A DNA stretch of 64,000 nt from Epiperipatus broadwayi (Eukaryota > Animalia > Onychophora), in NCBI GenBank assembly GCA_028023455.1, contig JAQFVV010000006.1, positions 16,988,001-17,052,000 of the forward strand. The letters are read 5' to 3'. Positions within the stretch are counted from its first letter, which is position 1; every line of letters begins with the position of its first letter. Below, piece after piece: positions 51,337-63,926 of the stretch. Below the pieces are notes generated by a model that had not been told where the DNA came from, did no database searches, and saw only the letters and a list, made by a program, of their open reading frames with translations. The translations under genes and the position numbers were made by a program.

Positions 51337-54336
51337 CACCTGGGTCTCTTTTTAAGCGGACTTATTTAACACGATTTTGAAGTTACGCGATTCAGGTTTC
51401 ACCGGAAGTCGAACTTCGATAATGCGCTATTACTTTAAATAATAAATTTCGCACACTTAACGTTATATTGAAAGTACTGTAATAGCACATTACTATTGGA
51501 ATTCGACTTTCATCTTAGTAATTTCAATATTTTCAGTGCTTTATAATAGTAAGATTTTATGCAATAATGAAATTAAAATCATGATTTCCACATTTTATGT
51601 ATACACACATTAAATTTTACAAGATTATAATGTTGTAACGATATATAAATATGTCGTTACATTAAATTGAAATAAAAACTTTTAAGTTCGCAAATAAAAA
51701 TAAATGTATTAAAAAAAAAACTAAACGCTAAAATTAAAACGTTTGTTAAACGCATAACGTATATATTATATTCGCACAGATGCAAAACTTTAAAAAATTT
51801 TTTTTATAAATAGAAAAAGTATTTGAACGTACTTTTTTGATAAAAAAATAAAAGATTTAAATATAGAAATATTTTAATAAAGAAATAACGTAAGTTAAAA
51901 TAAAAACAGGTATTAATTAATTCCTGTAATCTGTAAATGGAAATGATTGTTTATTAATTATCCAAAAGCTGTGTAATTAAAAGGTCAGATGAAAAGTTAG
52001 ATAAGAGAATAAAGAAAAATTAGCTTGACCAATGGAAGCACCAAGCCTCAGCCCGGACCGAATGAAAAGGATGGATTAGTGATGTTTTGTTGGTTGAATC
52101 TGTGTGGATACTATAAAAGGAGAAATACAGTTTTCCTGACAGTTTTTCCGGCTTGTTTTTGATGGTCGTGATAGGACGCACATACCACACTCTCTATTTT
52201 AAAAATGAACTGACTGTGATACCAAAATGAACAAGCTAATGCTACCTCCGGAACATCTGACCGTGTTTTCAAATAAAGACTTCGTGGAAATTTACATCAA
52301 GAGCAGTGATTCTTCTACTGTAAGCTATTGACATGAACTCTAAAATTTAAAAATAATTAAGAACTTTCATTCAAGCTTATGAACTTCTATCTGACTTTTA
52401 AGTTTAAAATCAATTGAAAATGTTTAAATTTATATGTTTTGCGTTGGTAAACATCATTTCCATTTTATTATTTTTTATTTGTATTAATACTTATCATATA
52501 AATTATTTAAATGTATCAAATTTAAAGTTGGGTATAGACGTTGCATAGATTCGTTAGCGGTTAATTATGTTGCTGTTTCATAGTCGATTGGAATATATAA
52601 GTCATCATGTCACTGTGGCATCTTATGATGAATGCTATTGGGTTTTTTTGTATTCCCTATGCAATTGACATTATTGATGACTTTGTATTTTGATCGGTTA
52701 TGTTTATTTTGGAATGTTTTTAAAACAAATTTTATAAAATTCATCTGTGCAAACATAATAAATGTTAAATTTAAGTCGGGCGTGAATGACTGTATAGATT
52801 TGTAAAGTTATATATAGTTTAAGGGAAGGTAATCTTAGGTTATTTATTTCGTAGTTGAATTAGCTCAATGGATTGGATATATTTGTGTAATTAGTAGATG
52901 TAGTATGAGATCCGCTACAGGCAGGATTGCACATATACGCCACACACCTTCTGTTTGCCTATGGATGGGTTTGTAAGTCGGCAAAGGACCGCAGTCCATT
53001 CTATGGAGTTTTTTGTTTATTGTTCTACTCGCCAACAGATGTAGCATTCCTGTTGGTGGAGAGACAATGTCTTCTCTAACTCTACTTACTGTTCAGATGT
53101 ACATTCCTGACAGTAGTATTTTGTGTTGTCGTATTTTCATGCTACATTGAATACATAAATGTATCAGATGGGTTGGCGCCGGTTTGACTGCGAACTTTTT
53201 GGCCTAAGGTTAAATAAGGGATAGAACATTTTTCTTTTCAAATACAATCTATATAGTCTATTCATACTCGACTCACTAAATAAATATTAAATTCATTATG
53301 GCAAGCTATTTAAATATAAAATTAAAGATTAATATAAAAATCTAAAATGTTAAAACTTATTCCTCAAATTAGAATGGTTTTATATGTGCGTAAATAAATA
53401 TTTTTATGTGTTAATTTCTGGCAGTGGCTTTTATTTTTTATATTTAAGATATAAAGTTATATTTTATAATCTCTGCTGTTCCACTGAGCTAGTGACTTGG
53501 GCTAACGATCTGAATATTTAAATAAAGTGAAATCTTAACAGCGTGTATCTGCCTACTTTATAAATATTTCTAGGTTCAAATGCCTAGATGGTGCCCCTGT
53601 AGTGCAGATTGTGGTTAGATTCGATCTTCACTTTCTTTTCGATCATTATAATGTAAATTTGTTCAAACATTGTGCATGTTAATTTTGCATTTTAAATCAC
53701 ATTCTGTTTTTACTTTTTAAAAAAGAACGTACAGTAATCAATTATTAATCATTTAGTGTCCACAAGTTTATTTTTAAAAGGTGAGTAATAGCAGTGGGCA
53801 CAATTAAAATTGAAAATTAAAGACAAAAATAAGAATTTAATTTTTAGTTGTTAGATTAATTACTAATTACGTTGTCACCAGAAAACCATTAATTAACACA
53901 ACATGAGAGTGACGTTGGCGCTAGTTGTATTTCATCTTGTGAAGAATCTGATTTTTTTATCAGTTTGCAAACGAACCTGTTTACCGGCAAATAGCGATAA
54001 TAATTAAAACCTGTATAAAAAAATATAAATTACTGTAAATTATGCATAAAAATATAGTTTTGAATAAAATTAAATATTATAGTTAAAAAAAGTTTGTCTT
54101 GTATCAATTTTTTTCAAATTTGACATTTTTTATTAGTCATATTTTATTTCCTTATTTTTTTTTTTTGCACGAATTTTAAAGTAAATTTTACGTTGGTGCT
54201 TTGCTTTTACGCGAGTTTTGAAAAATCACAGTCTGTATCCCCCCTTTTTCAAGGTAAGTTACGTCTATTTTTGCACGATTTCGTTTGCGCGTGTTTTCTG
54301 AGGAACCTATCTATCGCGTAAAATGAGACCCAGGTG
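51337..54336. mobile_element. 3.0-kb TIR element with TA TSD (Tc1/mariner-pogo-like, non-autonomous)
   Basis: TA|CACCTGGGTCTCtttttaagcg ... cgcgtaaaatGAGACCCAGGTG|TA. No transposase recognised inside. Confidence 0.8.
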
Positions 54337-57300
54337 TATATTCTTTATTTATGAAATAAGAATATGTTTTAAAATAATAAATGTGAACAGCTATGGTCAT
54401 TTTGTATAATTTGATATCTGCAAAGTTTTCCATAGGATTGTAGATTTGAAAGCTTTTTCATTTGTTGATGACATTTCAAAATGAACCAAAACAAAAAGTA
54501 AAATATAGATTTATTACTGTTTTATTGGAATCATTCAATGTAAAGTTACAACAAAAACATTGGCATACAGAGCATTCTAATGCTGTTGTAAATAACTTCA
54601 TGATCAATAAAATTTGATTAGTAGCATCATCAGATAGAGCCCATAAGTTTGTAAACAGACTTAAAATATTGTTAGGACAGAAACATCTCAGAAGGAATAC
54701 GTACCTGTAGAGAAAAGAAAAGCAATAAATAGTCAAGATGTTTGTAATTAATAGTAACATAAAAATCAAAATAAACAGGCAATTTTCACATATGTAAATG
54801 AATTAAACATCAATTTGTATGAAAAAACATTTTGCTGATGGATAAATAGAATAATTTGGAATGAATCTTTTTAATGGAATGGTGGAGCTGAAAAATTTAG
54901 CTGGTGGGGATTTTTGTTTGAAATGGTTTGTGAAAGAAACTTGTGAATGATTTTAGGGGAGTGTTGTCTTCTTACTTAGAAGTAAGAATAATTTAACTGA
55001 CACATAATAAGATCTACTACTAAAATGTGGTTACAGTAAAATAACATTTGTTGCTGCTACCAAACACTTTTTCCAAAAGTTACATTTAAAAAATATCAAA
55101 AGAGAGTTCTTATGATATGACTTTTAAGAAAAGCTTGATTCCGTGATAACATTATGCCCAAACTTTAATAAGTGCACTAGTGTTATTTTCTTCAAATATT
55201 AACTAATAATTAGCAATATTTTCTACTCTATTCTTTTTCTAAGTTATAGAAAATGCCAAGACATGGTTTATATTAAAGATAAAGAATTTTACCATTAACT
55301 ATCCAAAAACAGAATATATTCCAGTTGCTTATCACTTGTTGAACTTTTATTAGTTTTAGTAGAAATTATGTGGATGAAATCATTTTGTTTCTCTAAATTT
55401 ATTTAGATGTTATTTCAACACTCTATAATAACTTTCTATTGTAACATAATGGTAGAATCGATACTGCAGTCTCTCGTAAACAAGAATGACAATTCCTGGA
55501 GGGGGACGGGACGGACTAATCTAGAGATGAGCTATATATTGATTTTACAAACTGATCAGTGAAATATTAATATATCTTCATAAGGAACGTATTGATTCAT
55601 TTTTCTGATTATTTGATTTTTTCCATTGCAGTCTTTTGATATTTTCATCAGAAAACTTTTCTTTCTGAAATACTTCACCACATCTAATTGTAGCTCTCCC
55701 TAATACTTATTCTTTAGTGTTTCTTTAGTGCAGTGCCAGATGCTGGAATTCCAACTGTTTGAACCTTTTATGAAGTCCTGAGCAATAAAGCCATTTTTTG
55801 ATAAAATAAATTTCCTAATTGAATATAAAATTTTATTTACTCGCATTACTAGCAGAGTTGTGAAAAATCTAAGACTTGAGTTGTTCTATGGTTTTAGCTA
55901 TTGAGAAATGTGCACATTTTGACTGAATTTCTCACATACAAAAGGCAAACATGAACGCATGCTCAGTAAATATTTATGTGCAGACGTTTTAGTTAGCAGC
56001 CTGATTTAAACACACCTAAGCCATAATACATCATTACACAAAAGCTAATTTGTAACAAATGTTTAATATCTTATGAATTTTACTCTGGTTGAGGCCATCT
56101 ACAACTTAATAGTGGCCTGGACTTTTCAGCTCAATATAGAAAGTACCGTAAGTATATCGATGGTAATTCGCCACCCTTTTAATTACCTTGCATTTCAAGT
56201 TTAGACCAACATCTTATTAAAAAAAAATTATATAAAATTTTAATGTTTTAAATAAAATACTTTACATAAAATGATTTACAATGCACGGATAAAATATATT
56301 GTTTATAAATTAGATAGACAATTACTCGCTATTACAACTGCCATTTTAATTTCATTTGTTCTATTTCTCATTATGGTTATGCAGAAGTGTTCTAGTCTAT
56401 CTGATTTAATAAATTCTTTCGATGCATTGTTAATCATTTTGCGTAGAATGTCCATATATTAACTATTGTTTAATTACCCTCAAAGATTTTATTATAATAA
56501 TGTTTTAAATAATATCAGTATTCCATTTGTTGTATTACCTGATGGCTCATATTTAAGCTCTTTACAAGCTTGTTTGTATATACGTCTGTATGCGTTAGAT
56601 ATATAAAACAGACATTTTTAGAATTAAAAAGGGAGAACATTTTTTTGTTTTGTTTTAAACTTCTCTCTGAATAAAATTATTTTAATCTATTAATTTATTA
56701 ATGATAAAATTTAAAACCAATTAAAAGTGAGCTGACCCCCTGGAAATTTAAAAGATCATGCCTGCAAATAATAATGAGGAAAAATGACCTGAAATCAATC
56801 GTTTCTTTCACACTCCTTTCAAAAAATAATAACAGCAAATAATTTACTCAACAATCCCATAAGAATACAAAAAAAACATGGCTGCCAGCAACTTCCATTT
56901 CTGATCCTCTCATATTAATAGAGATATGTACAAGCTTGTGAAATTCACAGAGTGTAAAAGCCAGGCCTGTAATTAAATTTTGCCATTCACTTTTATCTCA
57001 TTTAAAGCTGTCAATTTGTTGAGAGGTTTCTGGGTTGTCTAAAAGAACTGTGATGTCTATGGCAATTAATTGGAACCCATAGAGATTGAAAATGCTTTTG
57101 CGCATGGGCAGTTTTCACACACCAGCGCACAAAAGAAATCTTAAACAGGTGAAAAAAAAAAGCTTAAAAATTTTGCAAAAGCTCACTATCTATTATACAT
57201 CGAATATATATATAGCTTTTATTTATATTTTTAAAACTTTTATATACAAGTAAGTCAAAAAATTAATAAAAGTTGAACATATGATATATATGCAAATAAT

Positions 57301-57892
57301 ATTTAATATGTCTAATTAAAGTTAGTCTAGTCTTTGATTAAATGTAAATTACTTTTAGGAAAGAAAAGTATGCTGTTTGCTGAAAAATGTTTTAAATTTT
57401 TCATTGAGGCTTTTTTTTTTTTGCTACGCATAGTTTATTAAAGCGGCATAGTAGCAAATTCTAGAGCTGGGGAACCATGAATTGCTCCCCAGATCTGTCT
57501 TTCTTTTCTTTTTTTTATTTTATTTTATTGAAGGTTAAACAAATCTACGAAGTCAAACTTTTACGTTCTATTCTTGCAGTCTTGATATGTAAATGTTCAC
57601 ATCGCGAATGAACGCGAATGGGTTTTCCCCAATACATACTGGCCAACATGGCGCGTTATTAGTATTCAACCATGGCTTTTGAAATTGAGATAATTTCTGT
57701 GTCTTCTTTTCTTTCTAAAAGACTGACAATTTCTAAGTCGCAGATGGGCTCTCTTGAATTCAGAATAGAAGTATGCATATTTCTCCATGTCTGTGCGCAC
57801 TTGGTGATTCTTCTGAGACTATAAACTTGTCTACTAATATAAAGTATGCTAAAAATGCTTAGAGTTTTGAACCACGGCTACCAAATGATTTG

Positions 57893-58064
57893 TTTGATGT
57901 TACCACATTATCATCATCAATCACTATCGATCCTCTGCAGGATACAGGTCTCTCCAAGTTCAATCCATTTTCTCCAATCTCTAGTATCTTTTTCCCCATC
58001 ATTATCAGCACATTTTATTTCATCCATCCATCTCACATGTTGTCTCTTTCTAGGTCTTTACATT
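57893..58064 (-). mobile_element. RTE 3' fragment
   Basis: Reverse complement of the RTE tail (aagacctagaaagagac..catgtgagatggatgg). Confidence 0.85.
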
Positions 58065-58320
58065 ATTTCGCATATTAAATGGAATATTGTCGATTTTGCA
58101 AAATTAAAATTAAAAAAAAAAAATTCTAAAAATTAAACATATCCTTTTTTTTATTTTTTTAAAATAAATGTATAAATCAGCTGAGGTACAGGTAGATTAG
58201 AATTGATTATGAATATAAATATAGGGGATTTGAACTCATACTTTCAAACACCTTTCAACTATCCACACCATCTCATATCACTGATAGACATGATTACACA
58301 CATGTAGAAAAGATAAATAA

Positions 58321-58370
58321 TCACCAATATATGTATTTCATGCTGAAACAGCACTCACCAGTTGGTCCAG
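58321..58370 (-). ncRNA. Type I hammerhead copy E (A6G core mutation)
   Basis: Reverse complement reads ctggaccaa CTGGTGA gtgctg-ttt-cagcat GAAA tacata TA ttggtga. Confidence 0.75.
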
Positions 58371-59047
58371 ATTATCATCTCTTACACACACATATATAAT
58401 CAGTGCTCAGTTTATATTAAGATAGCAAATCCTCACATATTAGTGGACAGGCTTCAATCTACTTCAACCTCCAACTCTTCAGCCATCCATACTATTGAAA
58501 ATGTGAGATGGAAAGCCCAAATCCCATGCTAATGCCAATATTGTTGTCGTGCCCAAGTTGACCTCAAGTCACTCTGATCCCTCATGTACAGGACCATATC
58601 CATTTAAATACATAGAAGAGAGATAGACAGGATACAGGCTTAATGTGTAATATTTGAAATACAGGTACTCTTCGTATACCTGGAGCATAATTGTAAATAT
58701 AGGGGTTTTGAACTCAGACTTTCAAGCACTTTTTTAACTATCCACCCTGTCTGAATTTAAAACCCCTATATTTACAATTAGGCTCCAGATATATGAAGAG
58801 TGCCCGTATTTCGAATATTACACATTAAACCTGTATCCTTAGTCATACCTCTTCTATGTATTTAAATGGATATGGTCCTGTACATGAGGGGTAAGTGTGA
58901 CTTGAGGTCAACTTGGGCATGACAACCATATCAACATCAGCATGGGATTTGAGCTTTCCATCATCAGGTTTTCAATGGTATGGATGGCTGAAGAGTTGGA
59001 GGTTGGAGTAGATTGAAGTCTGTCCATTATTAAAGTGTGAGGGTTTG

Positions 59048-59139
59048 CATGTGTGAGAGATGATAATCTGGACCAACTGATGAGTACTGGTTCAGCACGA
59101 AATACATATCTTGGTGATTATTGATCTTTTCTACACATG
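59048..59139 (+). ncRNA. Type I hammerhead copy F, intact catalytic core with extended stem I
   Basis: accaa CTGATGA (59077-83) gtactg-gtt-cagcac GAAA (59099-102) tacata TC ttggt. Predicted cleavage is after C59110. Confidence 0.88.
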
Positions 59140-59579
59140 TGTGATCATGTGTATTAGTGATATGAGATAGTGAGGATAGTTGAAAGGTGCTAGAAAGTCT
59201 GAATTCAAATCCTCTATATTTACAATTAGGCTCCAGGTATATGAAGAATGCCTGTATTTCAAATATTATGAATATAAAGTGTATAAATACTTATTTATAT
59301 TGATAGAATATCAAAAAATAAACAGATTAGTTATCAACTAATGTACAGTCGGCCATGCTTGTCAATTGAAACTTTACTTTTGCAATTATGAAAATCAGTT
59401 GAATAAATTTTAAAAACAATATTAAAAATAAGATTAAATTTATAATTTTTTTTTGAAGGGACAAATATATATGCAATTGCTGATAATTCAAGTTTGTGCC
59501 ACAAGAGTGGTTTTGTATGAACCAGATAACATATCAGTATTGCCCTGATATAATTTTGTTTTTTTAAAAAAGTATTGGA

Positions 59580-60610
59580 AAGATGAAAGTGGAATAGATA
59601 ATGTATTTCAATATGGAGACAGAAAAAGGGAAATAATGCAGTTGTGAAATTTGCTGTACATTGGAGAAAAAAAAAAGGATGGAACTATTTCTAAAAAGAG
59701 AGAGAGAGAGAGATGACATCATGAAATGTGAAAGAGCTCTACAAAAAAATATATTTAAAGTCCAAGAAAACAAAGAAAGTATCACCATCTTTATTACATC
59801 TTTTGAATTTTCTAATGAAGAAATGAGACATGCAATTAGATCTATGAAAAAGAGAAAAGTTTCAAGAAATGGTGGAATTATTATTGATATCTTAAAATAA
59901 GCAGATGAAGAAATAGAAAATTGCTAGCAAAGTTATATACGAAATATTTAAATGGTGATAGGAAGAATGCAGTAGTGATACTAATATTTAAGAAAGGTAA
60001 TAAAGAAAATATTAGAAATTACAGATCTATCTGTCTTCTATCAATTGAATACAAAATTTTTATCAAGTTAAATACAAAATTATTTTCAATGAACTTTGTA
60101 TTCTAATCAATCAAAAAAATAAAAAATAAGTTGGATTTAAAAGTTATTTTAACAAATTGGATCATATCCACAATTAAGAGAAGTGCCATTATGCTTTGGA
60201 ATTCATAGATTATGAAAAGGCATTTGATTCTATAAAAATTTTTGTAATGATAAAGCATTGAATCATCAAAATATAGATCCAGGATATTGACATTCTGACA
60301 AATATTGATTAGAATGTAACAGGAGGGATTAGATTACTTGAGAATACTAAGAAGATTAACATTGAGAAGGAAGTAAAAGAGTGATTCCAAAACTGTTTAT
60401 ACCAGTTTTATAAGAAATAATTTGTCGGTTAAAATGGGAAGCTAAAAGAATAAAAGGAAATGGAAATTATTTAAATCATTTGTATTTACAGATGATGTGA
60501 TTGTTTTTTTGCAAATAAGGTGTCAGAGTTGCAAGAAATGTTACAAGAGTTATCAGATGATAATAAGTAAGATGGATTAAAGATAAATGTTAAAAAGACT
60601 AAAGTAATTT
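59580..60610 (+). pseudogene. RTE-clade LINE RT fragment
   Basis: NAVVILIFKKG.KENIRNYRSICLLS..YKIF, FIDYEKAFDSI and YLNHL.FTDDV. Confidence 0.9.
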
Positions 60611-61787
60611 AATATTTCTGTAATGTAATTTTCATTACATTATTCTCATGCAAGGTAGAGACTGGTTCCTGTCTGTGGAGAAGTGCTGAAAGTAGATAGA
60701 AGTAATTATACTACAGAAATATTATTTATTAAGTGGATAATCTCTAGTCTAATAAATGACTAATAAAAATTATTAATAGTCTAAAGCAAGGGTGGGAAAA
60801 TAATGGCACAAGGGCCACATGTGGCCTGTAAGAGTTTTTATGTGGCGCTCCAAGACAATCAGAAAAATCTGCTTTGAACTGGGATTTCCTTCCCATGCGA
60901 CCGAAGATTCGTCTCGTATTTTCCATTAGGATGGCCACATCAATACACATGTGCAGTGTTGATAGGATGTGCAACACTTTTCCAGTTGATCTAGTTAATT
61001 TCAATGGTACCTGTTTGCAGACCGTACTGCCCCCACAAGATGGCACTGCCACATCATCAACAACCGGCCTAAAAATGGCAAGTGATAATTTTTTTTACGA
61101 AAATGCCTCAAAATCGACAAATAAAAATGCCTAAGGCAATATATGTACAGCAAATAAATCGAAAACTACAAATTATAAAAAAATGCAAGAAAATGCTAAA
61201 AAATTCAAATAATTAAATCAGTTTATATTTTCAAAATGAATATGACGTAATTAGACATTTTACATCAAAAAGTTAATTTCTCTAAATTCATTAATAACAT
61301 TTAATGGTTTACCCATTTAATAATTAACAAGTAATACAAAAAAATAATTACCGATTACTTCGTTCCTTTATAGTAGTAGGCATTTGGATTTTTCCAGTTT
61401 TTTTTGTTCAAGAAATTGTTTTTCACCGTTATATAGATTAAATCAGTTTGTACTTTCAAAATGAATATGACGTAATTAGACATTTTACATGAAACCTAAT
61501 TTCCAAAGCTAATAAATTTAATTAAAATGTAGCTAAAGTAGAGTTTTGAAATACCTGCTTAGTTCTGTTATGACGTTTCAATTATTTTGGACTGCTAGAA
61601 ATACAAGTTAATGGGATATTTTTTATTTTTTGACAGGATTATTAAGGATTACTTTTTTTCATGCAGAATAATACAACATTAAATATGCAGCAAAGTTTGA
61701 GGCAATATTTCAAAATCCCACATTGAAATATCAGCATTTAAAATTGACGTGTCATCTTTTCTATGATATTCCGTTGATTTACTCAAA

Positions 61788-62649
61788 ATGATGAAAGTTT
61801 GGGATCTACCAATGACAAAAGTTGAAGCAGTGAAGGTCCTCCAAAGTAAAAATGTTTTGCCTTCTCGAAGAGTGTGTAAGAATGGCCATGAAACGAGGCT
61901 TTATGTGAATGCAAGGGAACAGTGGAAGTGCAATATTAAGGCTTGTCAATATCACGTAGCACTTCATAATGGAACCTGGTTGGAAGGCTGCAAATTGTCA
62001 TTTGTCACATCCATCCAAATCATTTATTATTGGAGCAAAAACCAATTGACCATGCAATCGGGAAAAAATGATTTGGATTTGAATAGGAATACTGTCGTTG
62101 CGTGGAAGCAATATTTGAGAGTAGCATGTAAAGAAAGTCTGCTCTGTCACCCATCCTGCAAAATTGGAGACCTAGGAAAAATTGTAGAGGTCGATGAAAG
62201 TTTATTTAGTAAACGTAAAAATCAACAGGGAAGAATTCTTCCACAGCAGTGGTTATTTGGCGGTTTATGTAGAGAAACGAGAGTTTCATTGTTGTTATTC
62301 CAAATCGAACAGCATCTGTTCTTCTAGATGTCATTAAAGAACATGTAGCAACAGGATCCACCATATATACTGACTGCTGGAAGGCCTACAAAACAGATGT
62401 ATTGAATGCTGAAGGTTTCCAACACTTCAAAGTGAATCATTTGTACAATTTTGTCGATCCTACGACTGGGGCTCACACACAGAATGTAGAAAGACTTTGG
62501 GGGCTTGTAAAATGTCACAATAAACGAGAGAGGGGACCGCCCAATGTTATCTTGAGTGCTACTTAGACGAATTCATGTGGCGACGATTGCATGATGGTGA
62601 AGATCTATTTGATGCAATATTGCAAGCGATCAATATACCATCAATCTAA
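61788..62649 (+). pseudogene. Merlin / ISXO2-like DDE transposase with two frameshifts
   Basis: VEVDESLF, QQWLFGG, TDCWKAY, VNH..NFVDP.TGAHTQNVERLW and YLDEFMWRR are spread across three frames. Confidence 0.92.
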
Positions 62650-63065
62650 ATTTCTAAATTATAATTGCTAATTTCTGCCATCTTTTCTTAATATTTGTGT
62701 TAAAATCTGTTCCAAAATGCTTCAAAATTCTACTCTTCAAGTGCGTTTAAAGCTTCAAAATTCTGCCATGTTTGCTGAATTCTTCTGTTACTATTTAAAA
62801 TGTGAACTCTAAATCAAAATCTGTCTCTACGATTGCATGATGGTGAAGATTTATTCGATGCAATATTGCAAGCATCTATATACCGTCAATCTAAATTTCT
62901 AAATTATAATTGCTAATTTCTGCAATCTTTTCTTAATATTTGTGTTAAAATCTGTTCCAAAATGCTTCAAAATTCTACTATTCAAGGGCATTTAAAGCTT
63001 CAAAATTCTGCCATATTTGCTGAATTCTTCTGTTACTATTTAAAATGTGAACTCTGAATCAAAAT
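62583..63065 (+). repeat. ~246-bp tandem duplication of the transposase 3' end and UTR
   Basis: acgattgcatgatggtgaagat... starts at 62583 and again at 62829. Confidence 0.95.
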
Positions 63066-63926
63066 AATGTTCTTAATGGATTTTTATGCTGAACACATTT
63101 AAGTGCCTACTAAAAATGATTGGAAGGACTTTGGTAATTATTTTTTGTGTATTGCTTTTTGATTATTTAAATATTATTACTCAATTTAGATATGCTTCTT
63201 TGTGAATTTTCAGATTGTAAGGGGGGGGGGATATCTATTGATCATATTTTTTTATAATTTGATTTTTACAGCATCAACTGCTTATTTTTTATTACTTACT
63301 ACATATTAATCAGTGTTATGGGTTATTATATCTGTTACTTAAATAATTTAAAAATTTTGATGATTTATTACGTTTTGATCAGTTGGGGGAGGGATCCGTA
63401 ATGATTTTTTGAGGATTGCTTTTTGATTATTTAAATATCAATGCTCAATTTACATATGTAGTAATTTGAAAGCCAGAGAACAATTAATTGCTTTTCAATA
63501 TGAACTTAGATGCATATTTATGTTGAAGGTAAACGATTTGATCTTTTCGTATTTTCCTGCTCTTTTTGGCCGCCATGCTTTGTGAATTTTCAGATTGTAG
63601 GAGGAGGTATATCTCTTGATGGGGGGGGGGGGATATCGTAATGGAATTTTCATGGTTTTTGGGTTTTATTATTTGAATTTTTTAGCATTTTCTTGCATTT
63701 TTTTATACTTTGTAGTTTTCGATTTATTTGCTGTACATATATTGTCTTAGGCATTTTTATTTGTCGATTTTGAGGCATTTTTGTAAAAAATTTCACTTGC
63801 CATTTTCAGGCCGTTGTTGATGATGTGGCAGCGCCATCTGATGGTGGCAGTACAGTCTCAAAACTACAACCATCTCAATTTTGTCTTTGCATTAGCAAAT
63901 ATATACATTTCCAACTTTAGTGAACC

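Larger units (their letters stand above)
58220..59264. mobile_element. HHR-family head-to-head inverted dimer with a 14-bp TSD
   Basis: Minus unit 58220-58746 (478-bp period) and plus unit 58750-59264 (448-bp period). attatgaatataaa occurs at 58206-58219 and 59265-59278. Confidence 0.9.
61006..63871 (+). mobile_element. Merlin DNA transposon
   Basis: ~205-bp TIRs (61006-61213 and 63668-63871) with GG ends. The 8-bp TSD is atttcaat/atctcaat. Contains an ISXO2-type transposase. Confidence 0.88.

Noticed and set aside
57640-57830. Short ORFs on both strands near aacatggcg
   Set aside because: About 40-55 aa with no recognisable domain. It cannot be distinguished from chance or a promoter region.
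58982-59028. Second hammerhead-like string in the unit (CTGAAGA...GAAGcctGTC)
   Set aside because: It has no stem II, GAAG instead of GAAA, and the stem I register does not fit. It is better explained as the internal hairpin seen in copy C.
59177-59212. Pol III A/B-box-like motifs (tagttgaaagg ... ttcaaatcc) at the 3' end of the unit
   Set aside because: The spacing is only ~15 nt and the B box is not conserved in the 14-463/3453 subfamily.
50-60106. Most ORFs in the supplied track as host genes, and any CRISPR-like array
   Set aside because: The ORFs are short, low-complexity or antisense to TE remnants. No regularly spaced repeat-spacer array is present.
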